Shown here piece after piece: positions 1 to 13,779 of a stretch of 64,000 nucleotides of DNA. Position 1 is the first letter of the stretch. Each line of letters begins with the position of its first letter. The position numbers were made by a program, and so were the translations under genes. Origin of the DNA: Octopus vulgaris. Lineage: Eukaryota. The notes beneath the pieces are model-generated. The model made no database searches. It was not told where the DNA came from and saw only the letters and a program-made list of their open reading frames with translations. The DNA lies in contig OX597825.1 of assembly GCA_951406725.2 (NCBI GenBank), positions 29,946,001 through 30,010,000 on the forward strand, given 5' to 3'.

Positions 1-2160
1 TTCTGTTTCTCTGATGTAATTCTAGTTGCGTTGTGAACAGGTGATGTAGTAGATTAATGTTTTGTTCTGTAATTCCTGTAAGGCAAAAACAAGAATACTT
101 TGTAAGAACTCTAAATCAGAAACTAAACCAAAACTTGTCAACACCCTTACTTAAAACCAGCTTCCTCTATTCAGATTAATCCCGAATACTTGTGAGTATG
201 AAAAGTTACACAATGAAAGCGCTTACACACAAAATACACATAACAGGAAAACTTCTTCTCAAAAGCTAACAACATTTTGATTTTTAAAAATATTTTCAAA
301 AATTTAACTTTTAAGAAAATCTTTCTGCAAATATGTCCAAGCATATTCATACATATACATATATATATACATATAAATAGATAGAGAGAGAGACAGAGAG
401 AAAGAGAGTGACATATACATACATATATATGTGCTTTCTGTTGTGTATCTTGTTGTGTATCCATTACGAGAATTGATTCATCCCAGAGAGTAATCACCTC
501 TCGATTGAATGGTACTGCCCAGGTGTTGAAACCATAATGATATCCATGGGGCAGCTGATGATGGAAGTATATATTGCATTGTTGGTATTGCTGTGGAATA
601 GTATTATAATGCATCCTTAATTGTATTCAATATCTTTTGCAAAAACTTTAAAATATATACATTTATATGTACGAGCATATTCATACATATACATATATAT
701 ATATACATATGTATATTCATATATATATACATATACACACACACATACACACACATGTACCTCATAATCTTTCAGAAAACGCATTTTCCAGAATATTTTC
801 TTATTTTTCTCTGTTGAAGTAAATTACAATTTCAATATCACTAGTTTATATTTCTTTCTTATACTTTATGATCAAGACTCATAATTCTTATCTTGTCACA
901 AAGCCCCAGTTTCAGGAGGAAATGAGCTCCTTCTTGCATGTCCTACTCACTTTTTGCTTGGGTAAGGAAATGAGCTCCTTCTTGCATGTCCTACTCACTT
1001 TTTGCTTGGGTATTTGCTAAGGAGTCTTTGTTTTCTAATTATTCCTTGCTTTTACCATTATTTTATCAGTTATCTATCTTTATCCATTTTCCATCTCCAT
1101 CCCATTGCCAAAGACAGTAGCATTGGTTTCCAAAGACTGAACCTAATTGTCAGCTTCTGGCACTGAAGACAAAGGGATTTCTTCCATTATTGCGTCTTAA
1201 GTGTCTTGGAGTCTTTGCTCTTATTATTGTTGCTCATGCTTCTGCTGTTGTCTGTTTCTCTCTTTTGTCAGTTTTCTAATTCCTTTATATAAAAACTCAG
1301 AACTGCCTCTTACTGCAACCCATGTATCAGCTGAACTTCCTGTCTTGGAAGTGATGGTGGCGGGGTAACCGAATGATAGTGCTTCACCCCTACATGCCAA
1401 CATGTCATTCTATATCACTTCAGCATTCACCACCTGCTCAAACTGAGCTGCCATATAGATAATGATGAGCCAAATCAACATTACCACCATCCTTTGATGT
1501 CAGGATGACCTGACTTTCATGTCAGGTCATCCTATACAATAAAATACCAACTACTGGACGGATGCAGTCTAACCTGCTTTTTGTGCCTCAACATCACTTT
1601 AAAAACCAAGCAAACATCCAAATGCCCTACTCTTTGCAATGGAACATAAGCTGTGCCTCATATATTCAAAGGTTTTCCTTAAGAACATATGGAAATCTCA
1701 GGCATTTTCAAACAGTGACATATTACTTTCCTCCTTGCCTGTTGTTATGTAACAAGCAAGAAGGTACATACCTTTGTAACACACTGTTGCCACTCCCTTT
1801 TTTTTTGACTGAATTGAACCCTTATCTGAAACGTCCTTTTTACTTGTGATGCTAGCAAAGAAGTTATTAATACTTTTGTTAATATCACATAAGTTTGTAT
1901 CATTATTGCTATTACATCTGTTCATGCATGACATTTGTGCCCATGGCTATCAGGTGTGACATTTTATGCTTGTGTGTATATCTATTTGCTTCACTGTGTT
2001 TTTTCTTCTGTTTATCTTTTTTTTGTTTTTGTTTTTTTTTTAATCTATTCAACATTTTATCACAATTTCTTCTTGGTGTATTCAACAATTATTTCACAAT
2101 TTTCTTCTGAGGATGTACACCTGCCTTTACTTCTTTTCTTGTTATCATCCCTTATTTGAG
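1..2160 (-). pseudogene. Decayed multi-exon gene segment; exons ~2160-1772, 1339-999, 810-761, 590-498 (or longer), 75-<1; tentatively RNF213-like N-terminal region
   Basis: GT/AG junctions with compatible phases: ...CYK G|gtatgt, acag|GA SSADTW...NTQAK A|gtgagt, caacag|AG KNKKIFWKMRFLKDYE|gtacat, ccacag|QYQQCNIYFHHQLPHGYHYGFNTWAVPFNRE. The first two exons contain in-frame TAA/TAG and frameshifts. Family assignment is from recalled motifs only. Confidence 0.5.
917..1012. repeat. Exact 48-bp tandem duplication
   Basis: aggaaatgagctccttcttgcatgtcctactcactttttgcttgggta occurs at 917-964 and 965-1012. Confidence 0.95.
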
Positions 2161-2561
2161 CTACTAGGTGAAGCCATATTGAATAGATTGTAAATGTAAG
2201 AAAACTTGTTAAAAAAATAAAATATTGTCATTAAAACAGACCTTTTGTCTACTTTAGCCATTGGGAGAGACAATATTTCTAAGTTGTCATTCTAAGTTTC
2301 TAATCCACCTAAGAAAAAAATTTCATCCAGCAAAGCTTGATAATACCTAAGTTTTTTGGAACCTTCCAAGAAATGTTTAAGCCAAAACACAAATATAATA
2401 ATATCAATGATGACGACGATGATGATGATTTGATCTTTTATTATGCAACTAAAATTCATGCATACATTTAATAACATGTTACAAAAGCATAAGATGTACA
2501 TGTATAGTTACCTAAAAGAACGAGAAATGGGACAAAGGGTTATATAAAATGCATCTTGTAG

Positions 2562-3010
2562 ATAGATAAATTTTCTTTATTGGCCACACAGGGCTCAACA
2601 CAGAGGGGACAAATACAAATGTTGAGCTTTTCTGTTCAAAGATGGAAAGAAAAGGGAAAAAAGGAAACAAATGTAAAATTCCGATCAAAAGGGATCGAAA
2701 AAAAACATAGATAGATAAGTTTCTTTATTAGCCACACAGGGCTGCACACAGACAGGACAGATTACAAAGTAGAGCTTTTCTTTTTGGGGAGAAAAAAAAA
2801 AGTGGGGTAGGTTTTCGATCAAAAGGGGCCATAAAAGGGAAAGATAAAAAAGAAAAAGAAAAAAAAACGCTCAATAGGTATCGTGTATCACAGAAATGTC
2901 ATGATGCAAAGTGTAAAGGGGGAAGCAGATAAGGTTTATCCGTGAAAAGAAAAGCCTACGGAAAAGACCACGGTAAACTCGGTCAATAATGTTACATGTT
3001 ACCACATTTG
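2562..3010 (-). mobile_element. Two adjacent or nested 3' ends of an L1/Tx1-like LINE next to (GATA)n
   Basis: ttctttatt(g/a)gccacacaggg occurs twice; clear homology to 60478-60740; minus strand ends in ...AATAAAGAAA. Confidence 0.55.
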
Positions 3011-3013
3011 TTT

Positions 3014-3112
3014 GATAGATAGATAGATAGGTACCTAGATAGATAGATAGGTACCTAGATAGATAGATAGATAGAGTACCTAGATAGATAGATAGATAGA
3101 TAGATAGGTACC

Positions 3113-3147
<35 letters not shown>

Positions 3148-3152
3148 GTACC

Positions 3153-3211
<59 letters not shown>

Positions 3212-3216
3212 GTACC

Positions 3217-3266
<50 letters not shown>
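3014..3266. repeat. (GATA)n array with recurrent GGTACC interruptions
   Basis: Directly visible. Confidence 0.95.
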
Positions 3267-3268
<2 letters not shown>

Positions 3269-4194
3269 GGGAAAGAGAGAGGAGTGAAGAAGGTTTGATG
3301 TGACCACTCCTGCATTCCATGAGTCTAACTGCTGTCCACTCCTCAAACTGGAATCTAATCTGGAACATGTAGTTGCACTCAAATACATCTAATTGGATGA
3401 GGCAAAAAAACATCTCCCACTCCCTTGCAGTTCAGTTTCAGGAAGCAATAGACTATCAGCATGTTTTTTTTATTCTAGTCATAACTCCTTCTTAATCAGT
3501 GTATCATCCAAATCTTGAGAATAGGGACCTTGGGCTTCTCCCTCATAGGGTTCCATCAGAAGCAACCATCTGGATTCTCAAGCATGACCAAGTGAGACTA
3601 TGGATATCGTCTGGGTCTACCTCTCAGTCATCTGTCAGTTGGCTTGGCTTGAGGAATCTGTTTGTGATCCTTGTCTACAGCACTCTATGCACATGGCCAT
3701 AGAGGTGGTTAGTTTGTAGGGTCATCAGAGCAACTATCAGACAGAATACTTTACAGTATTTGTCGCAATGCTTTGTGTTCCGAGCTCAAATCTCACCGAA
3801 GTCAACTTTACATTTGGGATCGATATATAAAAGTAACAATTTCAGATTGTAGACTGGTGGAACCGTAAAAAAGTCAACTCTATTTTAGGAAAAACACAGA
3901 TATATTACCCATTCATGTCTATTCAGTACCAAAAAAAAAAAGACATACTCATTATATAACCTCCCTCTCTCTCTCTCTTGTGCACATATATGTACATACA
4001 TACAGCTATATATATGTCTCTGTGTATATATACTCCTCACATGCACAGAAAAAGAGAGTTGGGGAAAGAAATCTTTAGCTAATTCTTCTCGTGTTAAATG
4101 CAATAATGATGGTCTCATTACCATACACACGATGAATTGAGGCATTCAGTTATGATATATACTGGTTTATGATATTAGCATATACATATATATA

Positions 4195-4244
<50 letters not shown>

Positions 4245-4494
4245 AACACACATATATATTATATATATATACTATATGCATATACTATATATATATTATA
4301 TATATATACTATATGCATATACTATATATATATGTTCAACAAACACTGTGAAATTTCTGAGGTAGATCCATTGACACTTGTATCAAAATTGTGGATAACA
4401 TTAGGTAGCCTAAACAGTGAAAGTGCTTTAAATGGCAAACTACTAACTGTATACTCAAAGTCCAAATCATTAAATGATGATGATGATGATGATG

Positions 4495-4533
<39 letters not shown>

Positions 4534-5875
4534 TAAACATATACATACTTATGCACACATATGCGCACATGCACACACATACAGTGTTTCTGTATGTATC
4601 TACATATGGCAGTCTTTTAGTAATTTATTTCAAGTCACACGCAGAAGTGAATGTTTAATCATAATACTCACACAGACAGATCAAGTCTTTAGTGCTAATA
4701 CAAACAGGATGATGGCATTTAAATATGCTAGTCTATCTGTAATGTCATTCAACTCGCTGGCCACAGGAAAATAGTAATTTCAATACATATGGAAAACATG
4801 TGTTCAGTGTTCATCTCCATTCAACCATTGTTGGTTCCCAACTGGATGAAAGCCTTAGCATCCTATTGCTGAATCCCCTAAACTAGTTGTAAAGCCTGCT
4901 GGTTCTGATGAAGAGGCAGTGAATTAAGGAAGCTGTGGTATTTGTTTTGAATCTCTGTGGCCTGAGTTCAAAATCAACTAAGAACAACTTTGCCTTACAT
5001 CATTTTAGTCATTCCTGCCCAAGGGCTAAAACCTACAGTCACTAACAAAATGCTGTATTAAAACCGAGTGGAACAGGGTTTATTTAATGAGACACTCCTT
5101 GTAAAATCACCTGAGTGGACACTTCTGAACTGAGAGTTCCACCACAACCAGATGTACAGTATACTACCTGTGAAGGATTGATGCAAGATGGATCAAAACA
5201 ATCGTGAACAATAAGGCTACTCATATATTCCCTTTTTTACGTTAACCGATTCATACATATCTATGTGTATACATTCATATACCTACATGTAGATATATAC
5301 ATATGCATACAAACATACGAATTTATTTGTATGTATATATACTTATATATAGATATATAAATGTAAGATCTAAGGAACAAGATGTAGGAAGAAAGGAAGC
5401 TGCAAGCAATCTGTAGAAAATATAAGAAAAACTTTTTGGAACAATAGTGATTTATTGGGTGGAAGGTTGTGGATTTTTATCTTATCAAAGTATGATAAGC
5501 TGAAAAAAATTATTTTAAATTTCACAGTAGACAATCAGGTTGCCAGGTATGTGAAAAAAATACCCAAGAGTTAAGGAATAGAGTACATAAAATTTGGGCT
5601 ACATGTGTTTCATACTGAGCAGAACCTTGAAAGTGGTAAATATCCTAGGGAGGTGTATAGTGCAGGCTACTCTTCAGGCTAAGACTATCTTGATTAAATG
5701 ATGTTTACATTGACGTTAGGAGGCCCATGTCAGCATACATGAGTTTCAATCAGAATGTGCAGAGAACACAATTTGAGTGGAGAATATAATTGCGAAGAGA
5801 AATTAGGAATATAAGAAAACAAAAAAAGAAAAAAAAGATGTATAAGGGAGTGGGAGAGTTATATATACATATACG

Positions 5876-5910
<35 letters not shown>

Positions 5911-5913
<3 letters not shown>

Positions 5914-6072
5914 CAGGAGTGGCTGTGTGGTAAGTAGCTTGCTTATCACCACATAGTTCTAGGTTCAATCCAAGTGTGTGGCAACTTGGGTAAGTGTCTT
6001 CTACTATAGCCTCAGGCCAACCAATGCCTTGCGAGTGAATTTGGCAGATGGAAACTGAAAGAAGCTCACCGT
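5911..6072 (+). mobile_element. tRNA-derived CORE-type SINE (family A), 5' part
   Basis: Head gcaggagtggctgtgtggtaagtagcttg with B-box-like ggttcaatcc; homologous to 34592-34992. Confidence 0.85.
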
Positions 6073-6544
6073 ATATATATATAAACATGGATACATATAT
6101 ATGAAAATGCAAGTTAAAATCAGAAGACTGTTGGACAGCCTTCTTTTAAATGTCTAGCTATATCCTTTTCAAAACATCAGGTTCTGAATTTAAGTCTTAG
6201 TAGGGTTTATTTTGCTTTTTATCCTTCTGGTGTGAATGAAATGAGTAAGTTCTGGAGGTCAATTTAATTAACTCTACCCACCTTCAAAATGTTTAACCTC
6301 GTGACAATGTAAGGCATTAGTATGTGAGCATGTATGTGTGTTTGTGTGTTTTAAATAGACAGCACTAATATTATGTGACTCCCAAGATAATCTCTGATGT
6401 GAGATGATTTATAGTTTATAAATGAATTAAAATAAATTCTATCCATGTGAGGCAATAAATCACAAATGTTTCATTAGTTGTTAGTATGAATTTATTAATA
6501 ATGTGGAGGAGAAGGAGAGAAGAAGAAGGTGTGAGAGAGAGAGA

Positions 6545-6607
6545 GGGAGAGTAAGGCTGAGGGAGAGTAAGGCTGTGGGAGAGTAAGGCTGAGGGAGGGT
6601 AAGGCTA
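6545..6607. repeat. 16-bp minisatellite (gggagagtaaggctga), about 4 copies
   Basis: Directly visible. Confidence 0.9.
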
Positions 6608-6925
6608 CTCAATGTCTACTTACAGACAAACACATTGTGTTAATATGAATGCTTCTATATATTTTTAAAAACAGCTACAACTCTCTTGCTACACTGACTA
6701 ACTCACTAATTTGATTTCATTGCATTCAATAGTTAAAAGCACCAAACATCTAAATGTTTCTTGGTTGTTTATGCTATCGTTTAACCCCAGGTCATCTCTG
6801 ATCAACTAGGCCTATGATCAAAAGCATTCAAGCCATAACAACTCTGTCTTTTCTTCGAGAACACTGTAACTGTGATTGTATTTGTGGTGACGCCAGGTTT
6901 CAGACACAATTTTGGGATTTTCATC

Positions 6926-6937
6926 TGCGCATGCGCA
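6926..6937. promoter_or_regulatory. Perfect NRF1-type palindrome TGCGCATGCGCA in a small GC-richer island
   Basis: Exact match to the NRF1 consensus; function not shown. Confidence 0.3.
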
Positions 6938-7290
6938 AGTATCAGTCTTTTGATGGGCCTGCAAGAAGTCCCTCATGCACATGCACAGTCATTAGCAGCA
7001 GCTAGGCTTGACCGCTATTCTCTCTCTTTGGCCCCCGGCTTCCGACCAGAAAGGACGCGACTGAGACCAGCTCCGTGGAGCTGGCATTCTGATGGCGAGC
7101 GACATTGCAAGTCTGTGAGAATGCTGTTTTTTGTCTGTCTTTACATTCTGAATTCAAATTTCATTGAGGTCGACTTTGCCTTTCACCCTTTCAGGGTTGA
7201 AAACTTAAGTACCAGTTGTGTATTGGGCTCCATCTAATTGACTGGCACCCACTCCAAAAATTTTGGACTTTGTGCCTAGAGTAGAAAAGA

Positions 7291-8068
<778 letters not shown>

Positions 8069-8896
8069 ACTCTTGCTGTTATTTATTTAGCTCCCGTAGA
8101 TAGGCATCATAACTTAGCTTCAGGAGATTAATCATTTCGTCTCTACCTAGTTTGATATAGAAAGTTTAGAACGTGGCCAGGTTAAATAACCATACAATCA
8201 GTATGCAGTACTTCAAAACTTTCATTAGTGTATGTTGTGTAAAATAATTAATTATGTATATAATATGCCTGTATATAATGTCTCTGTAAAATAATATATC
8301 TTTATAATTCCCTAAAGAACTATAAGGACATGAAGAAATAAGATTATGGCAATTTCAATCTGATTGGTTCTCATACAGTTTTAATGCAGTCAAGGTCACA
8401 TGTGATATTCAGACAGATTGCATATAAATGTGTTTATTTATTTAAAGCTTTTCATTCGTGGGTGGGTAAAAGTTTGACAATATCTGTATGATAATAATTA
8501 CTTAATGTACCACACAGCAAATAAATAATTTCTGTTTAGGAAAGTCTGTTCAGTCTACATATAAATATAACGTTGGTAATTAAATGCCAAGCAATTTGGT
8601 ACTGAAATAGTTTTACAAACTAAAATGTTTGAGCAATACATTTCAACATGTCATCATTTACAACTTATATTTCTATAAATTTTGGAGTAATGGTAGCAGT
8701 TGATCTTTGAGGGAACCAAGGAAACTATTTAACCTTTTTGATGCCACCTAGTGTGAGATTGGCCCTGGTTTTATAATACAAGCTTTCTGTTTTAATGTTC
8801 TCTTAATTAAAAACTCTAATCAAAATTTCATGTTAATTTGAATTAAAAAAAAACAGAACAAAAGAATAAAAGAGTTAGTAATGCCAGTTATTTTAG

Positions 8897-9067
8897 GTGC
8901 AGGAGTGGCTATGTGGTATGAATCTTGCTTCCCAACCAAATGGTTCTGGGTTCAGTCCTACTGTGTGGCATCTTGAGCAAATGTCTTTCACTATAACCTC
9001 AGGCTGACCAAAGCCTTGTGAATGAATTTGGTAGACGGAAAGTGAAAAAGCCTGTCAGCCTGTCATA

Positions 9068-9114
<47 letters not shown>

Positions 9115-9345
9115 TTGTGTGTATATGTTTGAGTGTCTGTGTTTGTCCGTCACCCCATCACATGACAACCATTGTTGGTGTGTTTACGTCCTCATAACTT
9201 CACAGTTTGGCAAAAGTGACCAATTGAATAAGTACCAGGCTTACAAAGATTAAGTCCTGGGGTCAATTTGTTCGACTAAAGGCATTGCTCCAGCATGGCC
9301 ACGGTCAAATGATTGAAACAAGTAAAAGAATAACAGAATAAAAGA
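8897..9345 (+). mobile_element. Family A CORE-type SINE, near full length
   Basis: Head, internal microsatellite and tail gctccagcatggcc...gaaacaagtaaaaga. Confidence 0.9.
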
Positions 9346-9548
9346 ATTAGTAGAGCCAGTTATTTTACTAAATTCTTCCTTATTTTATTAACTATTTGAA
9401 GCAGACAGAATATTCCAGCTGAAATATGGTGACAAAAGGTTAATTCCAGCTTTAACAAACTTGACATACATCAGTAAATGTATTATTTACTGTTCCTATA
9501 AATAAGAAACATCATTCTTATGCAGCTGTGAAAGATGAATTCAATATC

Positions 9549-9586
9549 CACAGCTGACGATGCACAAAAATGCAGAAACGTTTGTG
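9549..9586 (+). ncRNA. Minimal type-I hammerhead ribozyme-like motif
   Basis: caca g CTGACGA TGCA-caaaaa-TGCA GAAAC GTT tgtg: core boxes, 4-bp stem II, palindromic ACGT stem III, caca/tgtg stem I. Confidence 0.5.
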
Positions 9587-9869
9587 TTCTAGGATCCAGT
9601 GACATTATTCATAGCCTAATGTTTTCTCACGCATTTTTGTCTGTGAGAAGAATCTCCTCCCAGGACTATTTCCATAACGAAAAGTATTCCCATGTCTGAG
9701 TATTCCTGAATGTATTAAATATGTTTCTTTCAATTTTTATCTTGTATCATTTACAAAATTCTGATGCTGCCTGTCAATCACAAATTCTGATCACTAAGTC
9801 TTTTGGTGACAGGGCAGGATTTTGAACTCAGAACCCTCACGGCTGGAGCAGACACTACAAAGCATCTCC

Positions 9870-10097
9870 AATGCAATGCTTTGTCATTCAAGAATTTGGA
9901 CCCGGAGATTTCCATTTCCAGCGACTTCAAGGGTCACCTCCCAGTGATGTCGAGTGTCAACGAAGAGCTCTCGGCTATAACAAGACGACAAAAGTTTTTT
10001 TGCCAAGGTCTGGGGTCTCCCGCCCCTAAGTCCTAGACCATCACCTAATCACCCTTACCCGTCTTGTTGCTTAACAACAACAACAATGCGATGCTTT
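9870..10097 (+). mobile_element. 5'-truncated non-LTR insertion with (CAA)n tail and probable TSD
   Basis: GC-richer block ending aacaacaacaac, bracketed by caatgc(a/g)atgcttt. Confidence 0.6.
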
Positions 10098-11029
10098 CCA
10101 CCAATTCACTGCCATAAACTGGTACATTTTTTTATTAGCCCCAAAAGGAAAGAAAGTCAAAACTTTTACTTGGTGGGATTTGAAATCAGAGTGCAGATAT
10201 TCAAAATAAACAGCTTGAAGCAAACAAACAACTCAACCAGCTCATTGTCAATTCACCAATTTATGTTAATGAAGTACTTTTAGGTAAATTGGAATTAATA
10301 TTTTTGAGATTTAAATAGTCATGATTCAAGATTGTCTGATTCTATTAATTATTTCCAAGAATGTACTCCGTGTCTTTCATTAATATATATGTCAAACCGT
10401 TTCCTTGAACAAAAGTTTTTGTTCACTTCAGATTTATATATTGGCAGCAGACCTTCAACTAATTCCGTATCAGAACTTAGATAATGTACAACAACAACTG
10501 ACACAATAAAGAATGTTTGATTTCCTATATTATCATTGGTCTAACATTTGCTTCATTATCTTCAAAACTGAAAATATCTTCAGTTATTCAGTTATTTTCT
10601 CTTAACCTCTGCTTCTGTGACGTAGCCATTACCAACTTCTTTTCTTCTCTTTTGCCCATTCATCATACCGATAGTCATCTTGATATTGCAATTCTTTAAA
10701 ATCATCAGCTCTCCTAATTATATCAGTTCCATGTATTCACCAAACAGTACTGATTTCTCTCTCATTTACCATTTGCTTGATGCTACTTAAAATTCTATGT
10801 TCTGCTGCCATATATATATAACTTCAGGCTATTGTCATATACATATGCATTTACATGTATACAAACGCTCATGCACACATTTTTGTTGATTCTACCTCTA
10901 TTGAATATTTGAACTATATATGTGTGTTTGTGTGAGTGCATGTGTTTGTGTTTGTGTATGTGTATGTGTGTGTGTGTGTGTGTGTGTACATCCATATGCA
11001 TATATAAATATTGATATGTATACAAATGA

Positions 11030-11290
11030 CCGTGACAGTGGCATGTAAAAAGCACCAACTGATCAGGGCCGCTGCCAGCCTCCCCTGGCACCTGTGCCGG
11101 TGGCACGTAAAAGGCACCCACTACACTCATGGAGTGGTTGGCGTTAGGAACAGGGGGCATCTAGCTGTAGAAACACTGCCAGATCAGACTGGAGCCTGGT
11201 GCAACCTCCTGGCTTCCCAGACCCTGGTCAAACCGTCCAACCCATGCTAGTATGGAAAATGGACATTACATGATGATGATGATGATGATG
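11030..11290 (+). mobile_element. Family D element with RTE-like 3' tail ending in (GAT)n
   Basis: ggcacgtaaaaggcacc...gtccaacccatgctag...gatgatg; homologous to 23221-23393, 27778-28175 and 57520-57930. Confidence 0.8.
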
Positions 11291-11324
11291 TGAGTGTGTA
11301 TGTGTATATTTAAATATATGTATG

Positions 11325-11358
<34 letters not shown>

Positions 11359-11953
11359 TTTGGCTACATACATACTTATATATATATATATACATATACA
11401 CACATAAACATACACATCTATGCGTGTATATGTGTGTATATTTATTCACGTGTATGCCATCTGCGTCTTTTACATAAAAGGAAAACCCGCAACTGCTTTA
11501 ATTCAGTTATTGCCATGTTAAGGTCACATGCCAGTACGTTTAGGCTTCCTTCTTCATTTATATCCACAAGACTCGCTATAGAAGCTTGTCAAACATAAAG
11601 TATGACCATGTCAATTTGCTTTGTAACAAGTTATTTCTTATCTTCGTTGTGTCATATTCTCATATTCTAATAACGGTACGGTATGCTAAGAATGACAAAA
11701 TGAAAGACAAACAAGCACATAACAAAAAATCTCAGGTCTTACACATGTGTTGCACATTAAAAACAAACACTGCTCGTGACTGTAGATATACGGGATGTTA
11801 GTATTACAAAAACAAAAACAAAAAGAAAAATAATATACATGATATACACTTGTATCCATAGTAGAAATATATTTAGTTATGCAATTGAATGAATTGACTT
11901 CTCTGCTGCTGCTGCTGCTGTAGATGATGGATGATGATGGTGATGATGATGAC

Positions 11954-11997
<44 letters not shown>

Positions 11998-12204
11998 TGA
12001 TAATGATAATAATAGTACTGTCAGATCATTGATGACATGTATGTTGTGAGTAAAGAGGTTGAAAAAATCACTGATGGGATGAAAGGCAAAGTTGACCATG
12101 GCAGAATTTGAACTCAGAACATAAAGACAGACAGAATACTGTTAAGCATTTTGCTCAGTGTGCTAATGATTCTGCCTTGCTCGCCATCTTAATAATAATA
12201 ATAA

Positions 12205-12242
<38 letters not shown>

Positions 12243-12258
12243 ATTATAATAATGATAA

Positions 12259-12802
12259 TAGGCAATGGCTCGCATGACTTTTGATCTTAGCTGATTGGAA
12301 ATGTTATCATGTACATTGTTTTGTCTTGGTATAAAAGATGGGCTACAGCAAATATTCTGCTCAATACCACAGATTTGCTTGTCAGTTGCTTGACCATAAC
12401 CGTTTGAGCATGTTCCTTAGTGGCTGATGATATGTGCATCTCTGATCATGATCAGAAGTAGTAGGGGAGCATCATAGACATGTGTTGAGATGAATTATTT
12501 GGAGTTTGGATAATTCACCTTTGGAAACATGGGTGTTTCGTTCATCATCCTCGAAACAAACCTTAGTCAGGGACCTTTTGAGTGGGATGGGTTACTTGTC
12601 CTGAAGAAAATTCTAACTGGGCTCCAATTGCAATATCATGCACTGTTTATCTTGATGTAAGATCACAATGTCACACACACATGTGGTAATGATGCATGTG
12701 CCTGGTGTACCCTTATCAGATGGGTTGTCATGATTTGTACATTGGGCTTTGTATAATTGTATCCCCATGTCACTTTGATGGCATGCACTGCTCTCTCACT
12801 CA
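12259..12802 (+). mobile_element. Family C element, near full length, between (TAA/TAG)n arrays
   Basis: Reverse complement of 19284-19836. Confidence 0.85.
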
Positions 12803-13175
<373 letters not shown>

Positions 13176-13779
13176 CATATTAAATGACATCTCTTCATTC
13201 AAGCTCTACCAGAATTATATAAAATGTTATTAAAACAAATTTAGTTTTAAGTACATAATATCCTGCATGCACACATAGCTACAGAGACACACACAAACTC
13301 TCATACATACACATATTTACAATGGTATGACAAACTGAAGTACTCAATATCACACTAGCAGAGTGTGAACTACTTATTTACTCAATTGTCTTATATTCCA
13401 CTGTGGTATCCCACACAAGATTTGCAATTTCATTAACAGATCTTTAGAATTAGCTAAACATTTATAAGGATTGCATGCTATCTGACATTGACTGAGGATT
13501 ACTGCTGATATATAGCAATGTACGTCACCAGCACGGCATCATTAATGTCATCTTCATAAAAGGAAACTGCTAGGCTTAGTGACAGGCAGATGTCCGACTA
13601 TAAAATATTGTCTCAGAAAATTTATCCGACCCATGTCAGCAGGGAAATTTCTATTGAACTGGAAATGTTAGTACAACTAGGGCAATAAAACTAACTTATA
13701 CACACATGTGCTCACACACGTGTACACATGCATGCAAGCACACACATACACGCGCGTATTTATGTATATATAAACAAAA

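Larger units (their letters stand above)
9450..10790 (-). pseudogene. Decayed coding-like segments interrupted by SINE and retro insertions
   Basis: Peptides include VVHYLSSDTELVEGLLPIYKSEVNKNFCSRKRFDIYINERHGVHSWK*, DFKELQYQDDYRYDEW and YKIKIERNIFNTFRNTQTWEYF; many stops. Confidence 0.3.

Noticed and set aside
999-1339. TAA/TAG at Gln-like positions suggesting an alternative genetic code
   Set aside because: The metazoan repeat context, a frameshift in the same exon and TGA stops elsewhere fit ordinary decay.
5528-5546. Plus-strand micro-exon ttcacag|...ccag|gtatgt
   Set aside because: Splice motifs alone are too common to support the call.
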